Below, in pieces: positions 7,646 through 16,385 of a stretch of 26,654 bases of DNA. The notes under the pieces are model-generated. The model was not told the DNA's origin and searched no databases. It was given only the letters and a program-made list of their open reading frames with translations. Numbering within the stretch: the stretch's first letter is position 1; every line of letters starts with the position of its first letter. The position numbers and the translations under genes were made by a program. This stretch comes from a virus (taxonomy: Duplodnaviria; Caudoviricetes): the IMG/VR virus record IMGVR_UViG_3300016476_001170, positions 1-26,654 of that record; one strand, 5' to 3'.

Positions 7646-8879
7646 AGTGAATTACCTTAACTTCTGCAGTAGAAGCAAGTTTACGCCAAGGATCAACAAT
7701 GATGCTGCCTGGTTTAATTTCGCAGTAAGGTTTAGTATCTTGTTGTTCGCCAGTGTACTCGTAGGTAATCTTGCGATTGTGCGCCCAAAGATAAACTGCT
7801 GCGGTTTCAATTTCTTTTACGCAATCAGTTTGATCGTCTGCTAGCGGATCAACATACTTAAGATTCTGATAACCGTGCTTAGTAACATAGTGACCTACAA
7901 GAGTAGAATAACTGCCGATGCAATATTCAACGTCGGGCTTGTATGCTTTCCCGTGAATAACAATAGGTAGTGCACCATTATCTAAACTGACTTTGATTAA
8001 GAATTTAGCAAGGTTCTCGGCTTGAATTTCGCGAGCATGCATGATGGTATCAAACAAGTCGTAGCCAATGTCATAGTGCTCGGCTAGCCAACGTAGTGCA
8101 ATGTTATCACGTGGATGGCAAGCACCGGCGTCACCCATACCGGCAGTCATGTACTTGGGACCCTGTAGACGCATAGTACTGCGAGCAAGAGCATTAGTAA
8201 CAACATCAACGTTAATGTTACCAATCTTCATTGCAAAGTCTTGGATCATGTTGACAATACCAACCTTTGCGGAGATATAGGTATTGTAGAAAATCTTAAT
8301 AGCTTCGCATTCATCCCATGTGCCAACTTCGTAACGGGGATCGTTCTGCATCATGGTTTTGTATAGAGTGATTAGTTCACCGGCAACGCCAGTTAGGCTA
8401 CCATCTTCTGTTCCGATAATAACCATCTCGGGATTAGCCATGTCCCACTTAACACTGCCCATGGCAATTAGATATGGGTTGTACAAGAACTGGTGCTTCT
8501 TATCCAGCAGTGTGATGAACTTGCGACGTGTAGTGCCCGGGAGAACTGTGGAAATTAAAACAACCTTTTTACTGGTCTTGGCGTATTGGTTAACTTTGTT
8601 GATTGCATCGATTACCGCGTCATGGCCAAAGTCTTTTGGTTCCATGTGACTGCTTGGAACAGATCCATCGTAGCCTTCGGCATGCGGTGTAGGAACTGCA
8701 ATAAAGATCCATTCTGCGTTATCGCATAGTGTTTCGATGTCACAAACTTTGACAGTGTCACTGGTCCGCGGATAAATATCATATCCCCAGACATCATGCT
8801 TTTCTGCCATAACTTCTGCGCAGTCTAGTCCTAACTTACCAATCCCTATAAAACCAATTTTTTCTCTTTTGAATGACAT
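7623..8879 (-). CDS. UDP-glucose/GDP-mannose dehydrogenase family protein
   Basis: GIGKLG Rossmann motif, IAVPTP, STVLPGT, EAIKIFYN, GACHPRD (catalytic Cys), GKAYKPD. Confidence 0.9.
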   Translation of the reverse strand: MSFKREKIGFIGIGKLGLDCAEVMAEKHDVWGYDIYPRTSDTVKVCDIETLCDNAEWIFIAVPTPHAEGYDGSVPSSHMEPKDFGHDAVIDAINKVNQYAKTSKKVVLISTVLPGTTRRKFITLLDKKHQFLYNPYLIAMGSVKWDMANPEMVIIGTEDGSLTGVAGELITLYKTMMQNDPRYEVGTWDECEAIKIFYNTYISAKVGIVNMIQDFAMKIGNINVDVVTNALARSTMRLQGPKYMTAGMGDAGACHPRDNIALRWLAEHYDIGYDLFDTIMHAREIQAENLAKFLIKVSLDNGALPIVIHGKAYKPDVEYCIGSYSTLVGHYVTKHGYQNLKYVDPLADDQTDCVKEIETAAVYLWAHNRKITYEYTGEQQDTKPYCEIKPGSIIVDPWRKLASTAEVKVIHYGNTRGN

Positions 8880-10061
8880 ATGTTCTCCGTTGAAAATTTC
8901 TATTACGTATTATATACAAATTTACTTAAGCCTGCAAATTTGTACATGTATTATTTTTATCCTTTTGGGTCAGTCGGTGAAGAAAATTTAATGAAAGAAT
9001 TTGGAACATATAAAAAAAGCAATGGTATTGATAGCTTCAATACGCCGCTATCTTTATTTTATGACCAAGAACCTTTACTCGATTTTCACTTCAATAAACT
9101 TAAAGAACATTTTTTACTCAGAACCAAATACTGCAAATTACTTGCAAATAGCGAGCACTCTGATGTCAAAAAGAAAATTTGCAAAATCAACAGTTATGTT
9201 GATTGGTATTACTTTTTTCACGGATTCGCTGCGCTCGATTGGTACCGGGATTACAAATATTTTTCAAATTTTGAACCCAAGATTGATAAAGTATTTATTT
9301 CTTTAAACAGACTATCGATGAGAGATAGAAGTTACAGATTATTGTTAGTTTCGGAATTCATGGAACGGAATTTATTAGATCATGGGTTTGTAAGCCTAAG
9401 CCTCAATGATCGTGGAGACGGTACATGGGAAGACGAAATAAATGATCCGCACACTAAAATACCAAATCACAAAATACCCATAATTCAAAAGAATTTATCT
9501 ACATTAACTGGATCTCTTGTAGTCGACAAAGATGATCCCCAGGGAGAACTAAGTGCACATGCGGGCCCAAACGAATTAACTTTAAACAAAAGAGCATTAT
9601 GGCATGTTGTAAGCGAAACAGTTTTTTATTACGACAAACTTCATTTAACCGAAAAAATATTTAAACCAATAACCGCTAAACGCCCCTTTATTTTAGTTGC
9701 AGCTCCTGGAAATTTAGCTTACCTGAAAAGCTACGGATTTAAAACATTTGATAAATGGATTGACGAAAGCTACGACAACGAAATAGATCCTGCAAAAAGA
9801 ATAGAAATGATAGCAAACGAACTGGAAAAACTTTGTAAATTGACTCCGGCACAGTTGCAATCCATGCACTCGGAAATGCAAGAAACACTAGAATACAACT
9901 TTAACCATTTTTACGGCAAATTTAAAGAGATAATAATCGACGAACTGTTAGATAATTTTAAAGGTGCAATACATCAATGGAATCATGCAAGAGTTAATGG
10001 CAGAGACATAAGCTTAGATAACATAAATTTTGCAGAAGTTAGAAGATTGCTTCTCCAATAA
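8880..10061 (+). CDS. uncharacterised phage protein, putative glycosyltransferase-like
   Basis: 393 aa; VVSET...LTEKIFKPI...PFIL...LKSYGFKTF...DESYD; the TEK segment recalls GT10/GT-B enzymes; start abuts the divergent gene. Confidence 0.6.
   Translation: MFSVENFYYVLYTNLLKPANLYMYYFYPFGSVGEENLMKEFGTYKKSNGIDSFNTPLSLFYDQEPLLDFHFNKLKEHFLLRTKYCKLLANSEHSDVKKKICKINSYVDWYYFFHGFAALDWYRDYKYFSNFEPKIDKVFISLNRLSMRDRSYRLLLVSEFMERNLLDHGFVSLSLNDRGDGTWEDEINDPHTKIPNHKIPIIQKNLSTLTGSLVVDKDDPQGELSAHAGPNELTLNKRALWHVVSETVFYYDKLHLTEKIFKPITAKRPFILVAAPGNLAYLKSYGFKTFDKWIDESYDNEIDPAKRIEMIANELEKLCKLTPAQLQSMHSEMQETLEYNFNHFYGKFKEIIIDELLDNFKGAIHQWNHARVNGRDISLDNINFAEVRRLLLQ
8909..8937 (-). promoter_or_regulatory. sigma70-type promoter for the dehydrogenase operon, inside the divergent gene
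   Basis: TTGCAG-N17-TATAAT; GGAG at 8885-8888. Confidence 0.65.
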
Positions 10062-10088
10062 ATATTTAATATTGTATGGGGTTCGATC

Positions 10089-10370
10089 ATGGGCGATATT
10101 TTTAAAATTATAGGCGATTTAGGCATGCCAATAGCTGCTGCACTAGCAGGCGGCTACTTTGTATATCTCACAATTAAACTGTTATTGCAAGGAGTTTTGG
10201 GCAGTATCAAAGGAATGGCGGGCATTATTACTGCATTGGATAATCGTGTTAAAACAATGAACCACGATGTTGTAAGAATTGACACTATTGTAAGTAATGC
10301 ATTGGGTCTAAAACCAGATGTTGACCGTATTGCTCGTGCAGACGGTAAAACCGACGCCCGTAGAGATTAA
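10089..10370 (+). CDS. small single-TM plus coiled-coil protein (holin-like/YvrJ-BhlA-like)
   Basis: LGMPIAAALAGGYFVY helix then heptad-like region; TAAATA at 10059-10064. Confidence 0.7.
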   Translation: MGDIFKIIGDLGMPIAAALAGGYFVYLTIKLLLQGVLGSIKGMAGIITALDNRVKTMNHDVVRIDTIVSNALGLKPDVDRIARADGKTDARRD

Positions 10371-10382
10371 AGGAATCTAAAA

Positions 10383-10721
10383 ATGGATGTAGTAGAGTTA
10401 GTCAATAAGTATGGATTCCCAATTGTCATGGCTGTTGGCATGGGTTTTATTATCAAATACGTTTGGGAATGGGCAACTAAAGAAGTTAAGCCAGTCATCG
10501 GCGATGCTAATACTGTATTAATTGCTCTTATTGATCGTATCCGTATGCTGGACAATGACTTGATACGTTTAAATCAAAAAGTTAATACTGTATTACACCT
10601 GCGTGGTAAAACCATTGAATACGAGCGTGTCGAAGCTGAGAAAGAAATCAACGACTTATCAAAGCACAAAAAGCCCGAAGACGACGAAGACAAAAAGACT
10701 GCTGCTGCGGGCGAAGGTTAA
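10383..10721 (+). CDS. small single-TM plus coiled-coil protein, paralog of 10089..10370
   Basis: YGFPIVMAVGMGFII; ALIDRIRMLDNDLIRL aligns with ALDNRVKTMNHDVVRI; AAGGA RBS. Confidence 0.75.
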   Translation: MDVVELVNKYGFPIVMAVGMGFIIKYVWEWATKEVKPVIGDANTVLIALIDRIRMLDNDLIRLNQKVNTVLHLRGKTIEYERVEAEKEINDLSKHKKPEDDEDKKTAAAGEG

Positions 10722-12791
10722 TTACTTGCTTGTAGCTCTATAGATGCCATCCCAATCTTTGGGCAGAGTTTGTGTCTTCATTTCCTTGCAACGATCAATC
10801 CATAGTTCATAGTAGTGCTTCATTTGTCCATCAAACTCTGACATTAATTGCTTAGACATCTTAATTGCATCATCAAACTTTTGTTCTCTATAAGCTCTGA
10901 TCATCATATTATGATTTTTTCGAGCTGCTTGATATACTGCCATGTTAACGCCTTCTGTGTGAAGTAATGGAGTATAAATGTTTAGACCAACAGCTTTGCC
11001 TTTAACTGCAATGCAATCTAACTCTAAACAAAAGAAATCGTTCTTAACTTCCTTGTAAGTATCTGGGCCGATAATAACAAGTACGCCATAACCCTTAGTT
11101 TGACCTTCTAATCGACTGGCAACGCTAACAGGATCGCCTAGTACGTCATAGCCCATCTTACCTTCGCTACCAATGTTACCCACTAGTATCTTGCCTGTGT
11201 TAACGCCTGCGCCCATACCAACTGGAGGCTTACCAATTGATTCCAAGTGCTTGTTAAATTCGTCGACTGCCTTAATCATTTCGATGGTGGTCTTAACAGC
11301 ATGATAAGCATGACGATCATCATCCAATGGAGCACCGTGAATGTGTAAGCTTGCATCGCCAATAAACTTAATCAAGCAACCGTCATTGGCAAACACCGGT
11401 TTACTGATAGCAGTCATGTATGCGTTCATAATAGCTGTAAAGCCTTCTACGTCAGCACCGTACTTTTCACCCAATCCAGTAAAGTTACGCATGTCTGTCA
11501 TAACAGCAGTAAGCATCTTTTCTTCACCGCCCAATTTAATTAGGTCAGGATTCTTTTGTAGACGCTCCACAATAACTGGGCTTACGTAACTGCCGAACTG
11601 TTTCTTTATTTGCTGCTTTTGGAGGAACTCGCTGACGAACTTGACACCGTAGGCGTGCAAAGCGACCAAGATTGTGCCACTTGCAAAGGCAGTAATGTCA
11701 AATAGCCATAAAAAGCTAGTATAAGAATACCAACTGCCAAAAATGGCGCCGCCGACCAACACAACAATCGAAGCCAAGCCAACATAAGTCCACCTCGTTA
11801 AAAATAATAAAAGAATACCTGCAGCAGCTATTGCTAAAATTTCTAAGCCGTCTGCATAGTCCGGCCTTTGAATTGATACACCATTAAACATCGTGCCCAA
11901 TAGTGCAGATTGAACTTCATGTGGCCATACACTACCGACAGCAGTAGGGACAGGGTTACCTAAACCTGCAGCAGCAACGCCCACTATAACAACAGCGCCG
12001 CCAAAGTCCTTTGGCAATTCTGTCATCGAAACTGACTTAGATTTTTGACTCCAGTCAATCCAAACACGACCCAAGCTGTCTGTAGCAATAGGACCAAACT
12101 TTGGAATGCGCATCTTCTCCACACCGCCCTCAAACAGTTTGATTTGTGTAGTACTATCACCTGCAGCCACACGCAGCGTTTCCATAGCCAAGCTTGGATA
12201 TACAACGCCATTTGCAGCGACAACTAAAGGCATGCGGCGATTAACGCCATCGACTTCTGGTAGTGTATTAACAATGCCTGTGCCTGCTGCACGACTTTCG
12301 ATTTCTGTTACGTTGGCAATAATGCCAGGATAACTTACAATCATATTCGAGTAGTCTGCGCCGATAACTGCTGTGCTTGGCTGTCTCGGACTATTCTTTG
12401 TTCGATCAGCTGGCATATTTGGAATCACAACAGGATACTTAGATAGTGTAGTTGCAAGAGCTGCATCACCGCCTCGACGATCCTGTTCAGTCATTAAGAC
12501 ATTAAACACAACCAAGCCTGCATTGCGCTTGTACAAATCTTCTATCAATTGGGCATATATTTGCCGATTAAATGGCCATTGTCCGTACTTGTCCAGTGCG
12601 TTTTCATCAATATTAACTGTGACTATGTTATTTTGTGTGGGTGCTTTACTGGTGATTAATGTATCGAAATATCTTAATCGAACGCTTTCAACAAATTGTG
12701 TATCGCTAGTACGAATGCCGAGCACAATTGCTAAAGTGATTAGTGCCAACCATGGGCTCAATAAAATATTTTTAATGTTGATTTTCTTCAT
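10722..12791 (-). CDS. CHASE2-domain class III adenylate cyclase
   Basis: N-terminal TM; IVTVNIDE..LDKYGQWPFNR (CHASE2); three TMs; QFGSYVSP, TDMRNFT, IKFIGDA, GNIGS, YDVLGDPVSVASRLE, VKGK; Lys/Asp pair indicates ATP specificity. Confidence 0.93.
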   Translation of the reverse strand: MKKINIKNILLSPWLALITLAIVLGIRTSDTQFVESVRLRYFDTLITSKAPTQNNIVTVNIDENALDKYGQWPFNRQIYAQLIEDLYKRNAGLVVFNVLMTEQDRRGGDAALATTLSKYPVVIPNMPADRTKNSPRQPSTAVIGADYSNMIVSYPGIIANVTEIESRAAGTGIVNTLPEVDGVNRRMPLVVAANGVVYPSLAMETLRVAAGDSTTQIKLFEGGVEKMRIPKFGPIATDSLGRVWIDWSQKSKSVSMTELPKDFGGAVVIVGVAAAGLGNPVPTAVGSVWPHEVQSALLGTMFNGVSIQRPDYADGLEILAIAAAGILLLFLTRWTYVGLASIVVLVGGAIFGSWYSYTSFLWLFDITAFASGTILVALHAYGVKFVSEFLQKQQIKKQFGSYVSPVIVERLQKNPDLIKLGGEEKMLTAVMTDMRNFTGLGEKYGADVEGFTAIMNAYMTAISKPVFANDGCLIKFIGDASLHIHGAPLDDDRHAYHAVKTTIEMIKAVDEFNKHLESIGKPPVGMGAGVNTGKILVGNIGSEGKMGYDVLGDPVSVASRLEGQTKGYGVLVIIGPDTYKEVKNDFFCLELDCIAVKGKAVGLNIYTPLLHTEGVNMAVYQAARKNHNMMIRAYREQKFDDAIKMSKQLMSEFDGQMKHYYELWIDRCKEMKTQTLPKDWDGIYRATSK

Positions 12792-12877
12792 AATCGTGTC
12801 CAGGTGTTACAGTATTTACCATGTGGTGATTTTAATAGTCACAACGGTAAAATGCGCCATACACTTTATTGATCTTG

Positions 12878-12965
12878 TGTTATAATACTCACACAAGTTG
12901 TTGAAAAACGTAAGTCGCGGTACTTGGCTAATTAAAAACTCCTGCCAAGTACCGCGTTCTTATTT
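12878..12965 (+). ncRNA. candidate small RNA (extended -10 promoter, 13-bp hairpin, U-rich tail)
   Basis: TGTTATAAT 12878-12886; stem CGCGGTACTTGGC 12916-12928 / GCCAAGTACCGCG 12944-12956; then TTCTTATTT; no plus-strand ORF. Confidence 0.45.
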
Positions 12966-12970
12966 GTGAA

Positions 12971-13315
12971 TTAGAACTTTTTAACTTGTCGGTCTTTGTC
13001 AGGTGGTGCGGATTTTGGAGCGGTATCTGATTTACTGTATCCTCTACCAAAACCTATAATGCATCCGATGTTTTCTCTAACATCAAATTCTATTAGTGTC
13101 CAAGTTAGGGTTTCTTTATTAACAGTTAAAGCAATGCTTGCTCTAGGAGTTATCCCAACCCACTCTACTGCTTCCTTACTTCTCTCCTGAAGTATAGGAA
13201 CCAATTTATCGAGATCCTCGCATAAAACCGGTTTATTTACAGTAACTGGCTGTGCAGCAGTCAGCGCGGGAACTAAAAAGAGAGAAAAGAAAAGCTTTTT
13301 CATAAGAAACCCCAT
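12971..13315 (-). CDS. small exported protein with two Cys (start 13315 or 13303)
   Basis: MKKLFFSLFLVPALTAA signal peptide; KPVLC...GCII. Confidence 0.8.
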   Translation of the reverse strand: MGFLMKKLFFSLFLVPALTAAQPVTVNKPVLCEDLDKLVPILQERSKEAVEWVGITPRASIALTVNKETLTWTLIEFDVRENIGCIIGFGRGYSKSDTAPKSAPPDKDRQVKKF

Positions 13316-13333
13316 TCACATATTGTATATAGC

Positions 13334-13359
13334 AAAAAAGGACCTTACGATCCTTTTTT
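13334..13359. terminator. possible bidirectional terminator
   Basis: AAAAAAGGA-N8-TCCTTTTTT; weak GC core. Confidence 0.4.
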
Positions 13360-13485
13360 AATTGGCTCTTTAATAGGGCCCGATTTTTTAGTTTCTTCCA
13401 TCGCTTTCTCAGTCATTGGACTAACATCTTTAGGTGCCCTTACGGGTGGATTTTTTGGTGCAGGTCTGTGTCGAAACCAACTCAT
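13345..13485 (-). CDS. small Pro/Lys-rich protein, 46 aa
   Basis: My translation MSWFRHRPAPKNPPVRAPKDVSPMTEKAMEETKKSGPIKEPIKKGS; AAAGGA at 13493-13498. Confidence 0.65.
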   Translation of the reverse strand: MSWFRHRPAPKNPPVRAPKDVSPMTEKAMEETKKSGPIKEPIKKGS

Positions 13486-13498
13486 AATATTGTCCTTT

Positions 13499-14605
13499 CT
13501 ATTTTTGATTTATTGTAATAACTGTACTTCCGCCTTTATTAACTTGTTGTGTAACTTGAACACCAGACTGAATAATATTCACCACGGCATTTTTGTCTGT
13601 ATCTACAGTTACGTATGCTGTGTGGGTCGTATCTCTGTATAAGGTTACTTTGCTTTTATCATCATTTAGGTAATATTTTAAGCCAGTAGCTGGATCATAG
13701 TTCGGTAATAATGTCTTATCGAGTTGATTTCCTAACAAAATATTATTTTGCTGATCCAGTAAATTAACGCTAAATGTGACCAATGCGTTTCCTAACAAAT
13801 CAACATCAAGTTGATTCATATCCAATTCTTTAAAATCATCTAAGAAATTCTTATCTAGACCGCTAAATTTTAAGAAATCTACATTTAGCATATTAGCTAG
13901 TTCATCTTTGCCACTAACTTCTTCTATGTTGTTAAGCTCGGGTGGCTTACTAACAATCAATAAATTATTAATATTATTTTGATCCAACTTAACTACTACA
14001 GGACTAGACGGTGGTGTAGAAGTAGTTGCTACCATAGTCGCTTGATAAGGAGCGTCTAAAAATACTACGCCAGCGTCATTACGAACTTCAATGGCGCCAG
14101 TTACACAGCCTTTATTATCGCAGCTGGGAAGTAGCATAATTAAGCTGCGTCCCAACTCATCAACAGTCATACTAAAATCTGTTCCTCTCACGGCAATACT
14201 AGCAGTAGGGGTTTTAATGTCAACTGATTGCGGATTAGACTTAGCAATTTGACCACTAGCGTACCTTGCTGTGCCTAGCGCAACCTTCATCGCCAATTTG
14301 CCTGATCCTTTGTTTGGATCATACACAAAGTCGTCGATAACTAATTTACTTTGTTCATTGATCTTAACTACAGTATTGTCTTCGAAAGTTAGTTGAGCTT
14401 TTGCCTTGGCCGTAGTGATAGTGTCCTGCATTTCCACAGGCGTATTAACATTACTGGGCATACTTTTGTTCTTACGAACAATTTCTGTGGGCCCAGTTTG
14501 TTCAGTAACTTTACCTACCGCAGCCCAATTAATCGGACTGACTAATAGAAACGTTATTACCAGTACCGCTTGTGCTAACTGTGACACTCTTTGCTGTAAG
14601 ACCAC
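13499..14605 (-). CDS. exported FecR-domain protein
   Basis: Signal-like N-terminus; DTITT...LTFEDNTVVKINEQSKL...G..RYASG...IKTPTASIAVRGTDF; GTG start with GGAG 9 nt upstream. Confidence 0.85.
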   Translation of the reverse strand: MVLQQRVSQLAQAVLVITFLLVSPINWAAVGKVTEQTGPTEIVRKNKSMPSNVNTPVEMQDTITTAKAKAQLTFEDNTVVKINEQSKLVIDDFVYDPNKGSGKLAMKVALGTARYASGQIAKSNPQSVDIKTPTASIAVRGTDFSMTVDELGRSLIMLLPSCDNKGCVTGAIEVRNDAGVVFLDAPYQATMVATTSTPPSSPVVVKLDQNNINNLLIVSKPPELNNIEEVSGKDELANMLNVDFLKFSGLDKNFLDDFKELDMNQLDVDLLGNALVTFSVNLLDQQNNILLGNQLDKTLLPNYDPATGLKYYLNDDKSKVTLYRDTTHTAYVTVDTDKNAVVNIIQSGVQVTQQVNKGGSTVITINQK

Positions 14606-15131
14606 TTTGTGTTACTCCAACTGTATTTGAATTTCCATTTACTGTGATACCTGCATAGGTAAGTCCAGTGTTTGTGCTAGTGTGTGTTACTGTGTTTGTA
14701 TCACCGGTTACGCTGATTGCGCTTGTATGGTTAGCACCTGCTCCCAATAATTGAGATACTGTGTTGCCATCACCAACAATAGTTTGTGAAATTGTACTAC
14801 CTGAACAACCTGCAGAACTTGTTGTTCCGCATTGTATTGTTTGGATATTATTGTCACCTGTCGTGGATACTGTTACTGTAGCTGCTGCGCCATTAACGAC
14901 CAATGCCAAACTGTTGCCGCTACCAATTTGGTCAACGGTAACCTGAGTAGCATTGCCACCGATGTAAGCAGCATCGACGCTGTCGCCTACGGTATTCCCT
15001 GTTCCTTGTTGTGTAATAGTCACAGTGGCGCCATCACCAACTTGTTCCACATATACTTCGCTGGCAATTGCTGTGACTGCGCTAAATGCAGTGAACAGCA
15101 ATGCCATTATTAAACTTTTCTTAAAAGTCAT
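14529..15131 (-). CDS. curlin-like (CsgA/CsgB-type) repeat protein
   Basis: Sec signal peptide then repeated (Q/x)xGxxN beta-arc units (QQGTGN, QIGSGN, TTGDNN, IVGDGN, VTGDTN, VNGNSN, TSGTGN); directly downstream of csgG. Confidence 0.8.
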   Translation of the reverse strand: MTFKKSLIMALLFTAFSAVTAIASEVYVEQVGDGATVTITQQGTGNTVGDSVDAAYIGGNATQVTVDQIGSGNSLALVVNGAAATVTVSTTGDNNIQTIQCGTTSSAGCSGSTISQTIVGDGNTVSQLLGAGANHTSAISVTGDTNTVTHTSTNTGLTYAGITVNGNSNTVGVTQSGLTAKSVTVSTSGTGNNVSISQSD

Positions 15132-15934
15132 TTATTAGCTCCTTGTTTTTCTTGTTTTTTGAAGCTCCATAATCCTTTACGCTCGCCCTCCACAATCATG
15201 TTGTAAACAGCTTGTTCAATTGCTACTCGAACTGCATATGTTGTTGGTTCATTGAGAACTGCGCCGTTTTCCATTTCAACGGCCCTTGTTCCTGCATCAA
15301 CAAATCTTAGCATGTTTATATCATGTGCGGTACTATAGATTGTTTTTGATACGGCGTTAGTCAACAAAACTTCTCCGGAATTAACCGAAACAAGACGTAA
15401 GCTAATTACAACTTCGTCCACTCTGTACTGTTGGCTTGCGCCTATTCCCAATAGTCTAGCACCTGTTCCTCCTGAACGAATATTGCTATCATACCCAATG
15501 ATACCTCCCTCGATCATAACGCCAGCCACTGTCATTGGTTTCAATGGCTTAGCATCCTTGCCTTCGTAAACTTCTCTTTGATTACGAATTAGTTGACGCT
15601 CTTTGATTAAGTTATCTAATCCCACACGTTCGACAACTTTAAACCAACCCTTGTATTCTTGCAATGAGTTAATTAAAAATACTTCTGCACCTTGCGTTAC
15701 TGCTTTACTAAACAGTGCCAACTTGTCATTGGGTTTCATCTGACCAGTCTTATCCATAAAACCATATACTGCTATAGTCATGGGAGGACCATCTAGTGCC
15801 GGAACAAGATTTACCAAATGTTCCCTAGGCTTTAACACAATGGGTTCTTCTTGATTGGTTTTGAATTCGTGATTTGCTTGTGTAGCGCAACCACTTAGTA
15901 AACCAACAAGTATTAGTGCTATTATTTTCTTCAT
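15128..15934 (-). CDS. csgG: curli secretion channel lipoprotein CsgG (start corrected from 15946)
   Basis: LLSGC lipobox; IAVYGFMDKTGQMKP, FSKAVTQGA, WFKVVERVGLDNLIKERQLIR, IEGGIIGYDSNIRSGGTGARLLGIG, LRLVSVNSGEVL. Confidence 0.95.
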   Translation of the reverse strand: MKKIIALILVGLLSGCATQANHEFKTNQEEPIVLKPREHLVNLVPALDGPPMTIAVYGFMDKTGQMKPNDKLALFSKAVTQGAEVFLINSLQEYKGWFKVVERVGLDNLIKERQLIRNQREVYEGKDAKPLKPMTVAGVMIEGGIIGYDSNIRSGGTGARLLGIGASQQYRVDEVVISLRLVSVNSGEVLLTNAVSKTIYSTAHDINMLRFVDAGTRAVEMENGAVLNEPTTYAVRVAIEQAVYNMIVEGERKGLWSFKKQEKQGANK

Positions 15935-15935
15935 C

Positions 15936-16385
15936 TTAGAACCCAAAGCTGGCTATCGGAACGGTAACGTCAGTTCTATTACCGTTCGCTTCGATGATAG
16001 TCAATGTAACATCTGCGCTGTTTTTCACCCAGCTGATGTTAGTGCCTTGAAAGTTCATTGTTCCGCTTGTTGCACCGCCATCAGTAAACATTGCGTCTGC
16101 TAATTGTTTACTCAATTGGGCGTAGATGCGGGATTCTACGTTGTTTAAAAACTTAGATAAGTTTGTGTTATTTCTTGCTCGTGCTTCTGCATCTGCAGCA
16201 GCTTTAGCTTCATCTTTAAGCTTTTGTTTGCGTTGGGATTCTAACTGTTCGATCGTTAGGACGTGCGAAGAATACCCGTTTCCTGGAATGAAAGACGGGC
16301 TTTGAAACTGATGCACTAATTCGGCCGAAAAGGCTGTTGATAGCCCTAAGCTTAAAATAGTTACAACAACTAGTTTATTTCGCAT
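15936..16385 (-). CDS. csgF: curli assembly factor CsgF
   Basis: Signal peptide then ELVHQFQSPSF..GNG (CsgF N-terminal FxFxNPxFGG-like), LSKFLNNVESRIYAQLS; immediately upstream of csgG. Confidence 0.85.
   Translation of the reverse strand: MRNKLVVVTILSLGLSTAFSAELVHQFQSPSFIPGNGYSSHVLTIEQLESQRKQKLKDEAKAAADAEARARNNTNLSKFLNNVESRIYAQLSKQLADAMFTDGGATSGTMNFQGTNISWVKNSADVTLTIIEANGNRTDVTVPIASFGF

Noticed and set aside
12792-12970. CRP site or c-di-GMP riboswitch upstream of the cyclase
   Set aside because: GTGA...TCAC near 12826-12842 has a 9-nt spacer rather than 6, and I could not see GEMM-type conserved motifs
14529-16385. Bacterial chromosomal curli locus
   Set aside because: Context is phage-like (fibre gene, dense small ORFs, TAAATA motifs), and csgD, csgE and csgC are not seen; no capsid or terminase gene is in the window, so the phage call remains an inference
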